DNA of 35,274 bases from an uncultured Ruminococcus sp. (GTDB taxonomy: Bacteria; Bacillota; Clostridia; Oscillospirales; CAG-272), in assembly GCA_902793915.1 (NCBI GenBank), contig CADBFJ010000005.1, forward strand, positions 1 through 35,274. Reading direction: 5' to 3'. The notes beneath the pieces are model-generated. The model was not told where the DNA came from. It saw nothing but the letters and a program-made list of their open reading frames with translations, and did no database searches. The position numbers and the translations under genes were made by a program. Within the stretch, counting starts at the first letter, position 1. Each line of letters begins with the position of its first letter. This document shows, piece after piece, positions 31,475 through 35,274 of this stretch.

Positions 31475-33067
31475 TTATTGAATAATAAATGTATAGGGAT
31501 AGATCGGCTGACCGCCGTTTACGAGGATCCATTCGGTATCCGGGAAGCGCTCTTCCAATGCACTTGCGAGCGCCGCGGCGTCTTCCGCGCTCTCGTCCTC
31601 GCCAAAAAGGAGGATCACGGCGTCGGGAGCATCGCACTCCTCAAACAGCTTGAGGATCGCTTCTCTTTTCTCTTTTTCGGCAACGAGGATGCGGTCGTGG
31701 TCAAAGCAAATCCAGTTACCGCTTTGCACCACAAGATCGCCCTCGGTGCAGGAGCGGATTGCCCGCGCGACCTGAACGGTTTTGCCAAACTCTTTTGCCG
31801 AGGCAAAGAGAGCCGATAGTTCATCGGTTGAAAGCGAGGGATCAAAGGATGCGATCGCGTGATAGCAGGAGCCGACGTCCTCGGAATCCACAACGATGAC
31901 TTCGCAAAAATCGCACATTTCTTTGGCTTGATTTGCCGCAAGCAAAACGTTTTTGTGGTTGGGGAAAACGAACACCGTATCAGCATTCGCTTCTCTTATC
32001 CCCTCGAGAATATCCTGCGCCGACGGATTCATGCTCTTGCCACCGTCCACGACCTTGCAGCCGCCGTCCGCAAGCATCTGTTTGACGCCCGCGCCGCACG
32101 CAACGGCAACAAGCGCGTATTTACTTTTTTGCATCGGAATTTCAAACTCGTTCTCCACGGTCGATTCGCTGTGCATCACCGTCATGTTTTCGATCTTCAA
32201 AGTCAAAAACTCGCCGTACTGGTGCGCGGCACGCAAAACCTCTTCGGGACGGAAGGTGTGGACATGAACTTTCACGATGTTGTCGTTCCGAAACGCGACG
32301 ACCGAGTTGCCGATTGAGGTGAGGAAGGCTTTGAACTCTTCAAGCGAAAAGTTCTCCTTGCGCATCAGTTGCAAAATGAATTCGGTGCAGTAGCCGAGCA
32401 TCTCGTCATCGCCTGTCAGTTCCCGAACCGTCGCCTTGGAGGAGGTTACGGTGTAGGTTGAGCCGCTCTCCAAAGCGCTCTTCATCCCCTCGAGAATGCA
32501 AAGGAATCCCGCGCCGCCAGAATCGACCACGCCGGCGTTTTTGAGCACTTCAAGCTGCTCGGGCGTCTTTTTGAGCGATTCCGCGGCGGCACTGTGCGCC
32601 ACGCGGAAGAGCGTTTCAAAATCGGTTGGATTGCTCTTTTTGACCGCATCGGTCGTCTCGCGCATGACCGTTAGGATCGTGCCCTCTTTGGGGCTTGAAA
32701 CCGCGGCGTAGGCCTCGGAAACGCCCTTTTCGAGCCCTGCGATAAACGCGCGTGTCGTGAGTGCTTCACAGCCCGAAAGATAGCCGTTGACGCCGTAGAA
32801 AAACCTGGATAGGATCACGCCCGAGTTTCCGCGTGCGCCGTAAAGCATCCCTTTGGAAAGCGCGTCACAAAGCAGGTTCAGATCCCCGTCTGCAATCGTT
32901 TCGGCAAGACCGCTTTGCAGTGTCAGGAGCATATTGTCGCCGGTATCGCCGTCCGGCACGGGAAAGACGTTCAGCTTGTTGATCTGATCACATTTTTCTT
33001 CCAGCCGCCGAAGTCCTCCCGACAGGAGCACTCTGTATTTTTGACTGGTGATTGTTTCGGTTGACAT
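31475..33067 (-). CDS. DAK2 domain-containing protein (YloV-like)
   Basis: NVFPVPDGDTGDNM and GARGNSGVILS DAK2 motifs, followed by the YloV-type C-terminal domain. Confidence 0.85.
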   Translation of the reverse strand: MSTETITSQKYRVLLSGGLRRLEEKCDQINKLNVFPVPDGDTGDNMLLTLQSGLAETIADGDLNLLCDALSKGMLYGARGNSGVILSRFFYGVNGYLSGCEALTTRAFIAGLEKGVSEAYAAVSSPKEGTILTVMRETTDAVKKSNPTDFETLFRVAHSAAAESLKKTPEQLEVLKNAGVVDSGGAGFLCILEGMKSALESGSTYTVTSSKATVRELTGDDEMLGYCTEFILQLMRKENFSLEEFKAFLTSIGNSVVAFRNDNIVKVHVHTFRPEEVLRAAHQYGEFLTLKIENMTVMHSESTVENEFEIPMQKSKYALVAVACGAGVKQMLADGGCKVVDGGKSMNPSAQDILEGIREANADTVFVFPNHKNVLLAANQAKEMCDFCEVIVVDSEDVGSCYHAIASFDPSLSTDELSALFASAKEFGKTVQVARAIRSCTEGDLVVQSGNWICFDHDRILVAEKEKREAILKLFEECDAPDAVILLFGEDESAEDAAALASALEERFPDTEWILVNGGQPIYPYTFIIQ

Positions 33068-33104
33068 TCGAACTTTCTTCCTCTCTTGTCGTACTTAAAG
33101 GGGG

Positions 33105-33344
33105 TCAGGTTTGGTTTTTGAGCGCGATCGGTCGTTCTTTGCTTTCCTGCACGAACTCCACAATGTTTCCAATGTCGGTGCCGAGCGCTTCGCAGATCCG
33201 CCCGATCACGGCAAGCGACACTTCCTTGCCCTTAATAAGCTTGGTCATCGTGTTGGGCGAAATTTTGATTCTGCGGCGGAGCTCCGCCCGGCTCATTTTG
33301 CGGTCGATGAGTAGTTTCCAAAGTTTGTTGTAGGATACTGCCAT
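33105..33344 (-). CDS. small XRE-family HTH transcriptional regulator (79 aa)
   Basis: LWKLLIDRKMSRAELRRRIKISPNTMTKLIKGKEVSLAVIGRICEAL. ATG 33344 follows AAGGAGA. Confidence 0.75.
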   Translation of the reverse strand: MAVSYNKLWKLLIDRKMSRAELRRRIKISPNTMTKLIKGKEVSLAVIGRICEALGTDIGNIVEFVQESKERPIALKNQT

Positions 33345-33390
33345 TTTGCCATCTCCTTTCGGCTCTTTCAAAATCAAAGCCACCTTCGAC

Positions 33391-33419
33391 ATTTTACCAC
33401 AATTTTTCGTTTTTTGCAA
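33391..33419 (-). promoter_or_regulatory. promoter TTGCAA-17-TAAAAT (TGg extension) for the small HTH gene
   Basis: ATTTTA at 33391-33396 and TTGCAA at 33414-33419. Confidence 0.6.
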
Positions 33420-33426
33420 CAAAAAA

Positions 33427-33444
33427 ATCGCAGTTTCTTGCGAT
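33427..33444. terminator. bidirectional terminator ATCGCA-gtttct-TGCGAT flanked by A7 and T6
   Basis: Short stem with strong flanking runs. It closes the ~260-nt unassigned region on the minus strand. Confidence 0.5.
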
Positions 33445-33711
33445 TTTTTAACAAAGATGTGAGGCTGTTTTTGGCTTTGAAAACCGGATACTCTACCTCA
33501 TAAAAGGAGATACCCTCCTTACAGGTTTCCCGGTAAGGAGGGTACAAAAGCCGAGCCGCTTTTCGGAGGACACCCGTCAAGGGGTATCGGTGGGGTATAT
33601 CTCCTGCGCGCCGATCAAGGTACACTACGGCGACGACGGAGAAGAAACCGAGGAAGGAGGATAAAACCCACCCCAACAAGCCTATCGGCTTGCCGGGGAC
33701 CCCGAAAAAAA

Positions 33712-33731
33712 GGAGCAGGCGAGCCTGCTCC
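33712..33731 (-). terminator. terminator of the transporter gene (GGAGCAGGC..GCCTGCTCC followed by T7 on the minus strand)
   Basis: GC-rich stem 17 nt after the stop, with a T-run on the minus strand. Confidence 0.75.
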
Positions 33732-33747
33732 GGTACATAGGATCAAA

Positions 33748-35070
33748 TCATTCAACTCTCAGGATGTTGTACTTGTTTTTCTTGAGGAAATACCCGTAGG
33801 CGACGGCGGAAACGACGCTATCAAAGGCGTTACCGATACCGAACATCAAAGCGATGCCGAGGAGGGTCGGCGTCCATACGCCGGTCAGATACAGAATGAA
33901 GAACGTTCCGTAATAGACCGTGTTGGTGACGACCGATTCGAACAGCATGAAGCTTGTCTTGCCTCTGCCGTAAAACGTGCAGTCAAACACGTTCTGAAAG
34001 GCGTAAAGGACGTAAAAGCCGAACAGGACCATCACCAGTTCAAACAGCTTGTCCACGTCAGAATAGCCGAGAACGTACTGCATGAACGGCTTGTAGGTCG
34101 GGATCAGCGCCGCCCACAGTACGCAGACGATCGCGGTGATCGAAAAATACCCGAGAGAGTTTCGCTGCACCGCCTTTTCGTCGGTGGCGGTCTCCTGCTT
34201 GATCAGCTCGCCGAGCTGGATCACCGGCAGGAGCATCCAGCCCCAGATGAAATTGTTGGCGACCCAGTAAGTCCCTTGCTCGCCCACCATATTGACCATG
34301 CGCGAGACCATCAGCATATAGGCGATATTGCGCACGAAGGATTCCAGTCCCGAGATACCGCCGATCTTCGCAAAATCCTTTGCCCAAGCAAACGAGAGCT
34401 TTCCACGGCTGAAAACGCGGCAGCCCTGCTTTGCCAGGATCAGGATCGCGGTGACGAACAGCAAAGCGTTCACGATGATGTTGGAAACGCCGATGCCGTT
34501 CACGCCGAGGTTCAGCGAAGCGGGCAGGGTGGAAACGAGGAAGGTATCCGAAATAACGCAAAGAACGAGTTTCACGCCGGTCAGTATGTAGACGAAGCGG
34601 TCTTTGCCGAGGGTGACGAGCGCAACGGAAACGAAGCTGAACAGGATCCCGAAGATATTGGCGACCGCTTCAATGCGGATATAGGCTGCGGATTCCTTGA
34701 TGATGTCAGGCGACGCCGCCATAGCCGAAAGCAGCGGCTCCGCGAATATCAGGATCATCGCCGACAGCACAGAGTAAACGCCCAGCGAGATCAGAAGCCC
34801 GGTCTTAATGCGGTTGGTGAACTCCTTTTTGTCGGAAACGACCTTTCCGATAAAGAAGAACAGCGGCAGAATGATCGCCTCGTTCACGATCTCGTAGATC
34901 AGATTGACCCAGCTGAGCTGCCCCGCGATGGAATAAGACCATTCGCCCGGAAGCTGACCGAGAAAGAAGGTGCGCAGCGTCGTATAGATCGCCGGGCAGA
35001 GCCCGAGAACCAGCAGCGCGAGATACAGCCGGAGGTTGATCCGGCGGAGTGATTTGATGACCTTGTTCAT
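33748..35070 (-). CDS. MATE/MOP-superfamily polytopic membrane transporter
   Basis: About 12 hydrophobic segments with MATE-like length and pattern. The start is uncertain (ATG 35070 or GTG 35085). Confidence 0.55.
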   Translation of the reverse strand: MNKVIKSLRRINLRLYLALLVLGLCPAIYTTLRTFFLGQLPGEWSYSIAGQLSWVNLIYEIVNEAIILPLFFFIGKVVSDKKEFTNRIKTGLLISLGVYSVLSAMILIFAEPLLSAMAASPDIIKESAAYIRIEAVANIFGILFSFVSVALVTLGKDRFVYILTGVKLVLCVISDTFLVSTLPASLNLGVNGIGVSNIIVNALLFVTAILILAKQGCRVFSRGKLSFAWAKDFAKIGGISGLESFVRNIAYMLMVSRMVNMVGEQGTYWVANNFIWGWMLLPVIQLGELIKQETATDEKAVQRNSLGYFSITAIVCVLWAALIPTYKPFMQYVLGYSDVDKLFELVMVLFGFYVLYAFQNVFDCTFYGRGKTSFMLFESVVTNTVYYGTFFILYLTGVWTPTLLGIALMFGIGNAFDSVVSAVAYGYFLKKNKYNILRVE

Positions 35071-35137
35071 GTTTGACCGTCCCACACATTTATTATCATG
35101 TAAATGATATCACAAAGTAAATGAAAAAGAAAAATAC

Positions 35138-35171
35138 GAGTGGTCATAACTCGAATCCGTTATGACCACTC
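35138..35171 (-). terminator. terminator of tRNA-fMet (13-bp stem GAGTGGTCATAAC / GTTATGACCACTC)
   Basis: Perfect stem 4 nt after the tRNA 3' end, followed by a T-rich run on the minus strand. Confidence 0.75.
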
Positions 35172-35175
35172 TAAA

Positions 35176-35253
<78 letters not shown>

Positions 35254-35274
35254 ATATAAAACGATATGAAATTG

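Noticed and set aside
33374-33679. A 101-aa minus-strand ORF in the intergenic region between the transporter gene and the HTH gene.
   Set aside because: It has an alternative start codon and no SD. It reads through a terminator hairpin and the HTH gene promoter, and has a Lys/Arg-rich nonsense tail. The region is better treated as non-coding (see the finding).

Overview
This is a 35.3-kb chromosomal segment from a moderately GC-rich Firmicutes/Clostridia-like genome. Hand counts of three housekeeping lines: 37/60 GC at 3001-3060, 34/60 at 5821-5880. The flanks are ordinary core genes. On the left (1-4648) is a nitrogen-assimilation operon: split archaeal-type glutamate synthase subunits, glutamine synthetase and an ANTAR regulator. 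On the right (11941-35274) are a VanY-type peptidase, an MnmM-like methyltransferase, prfB, rlmH, a GlpA-like/DUF1667 oxidoreductase cluster with a DeoR regulator, plsX-acpP, DegV, a DAK2 protein, a MATE-like transporter and tRNA-fMet. Between the ANTAR gene and tRNA-Arg(ACG) lies a ~7.2-kb accessory island (about 4668-11852). It is largely AT-rich (19/60 GC at 7141-7200, 23/60 at 9601-9660) and encodes no integrase or transposase. The island consists of two tandem cargo units with the same boundary architecture: a 55-nt R2 repeat, cargo, an 18-nt repeat, a hairpin, the R1 hairpin, then a ~180-nt unit X that starts with a copy of the tRNA-Arg 3' end. Cargo 1 (4798-8476) has five genes: a coiled-coil protein, a truncated DnaB-C-like P-loop protein, an HTH-WYL regulator, a PD-(D/E)xK nuclease-like protein and a 146-aa orphan. 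All three of its promoters carry the same dyad, GTCCC-N6-GG(G/T)AC, so it looks like one WYL-controlled module. Cargo 2 (9271-11378) is a three-gene operon: a DUF6273-like protein, a small paralog of that protein's N-terminal domain, and a compact SIR2/sirtuin-like protein, behind a promoter overlapped by an 11-bp-arm inverted repeat. I regard these two cargo modules, and the repeat/tRNA-fragment scaffold carrying them, as the best candidates for an undescribed (probably anti-phage or abortive-infection) system. All functional calls rest on motif recognition by eye, with no database search.
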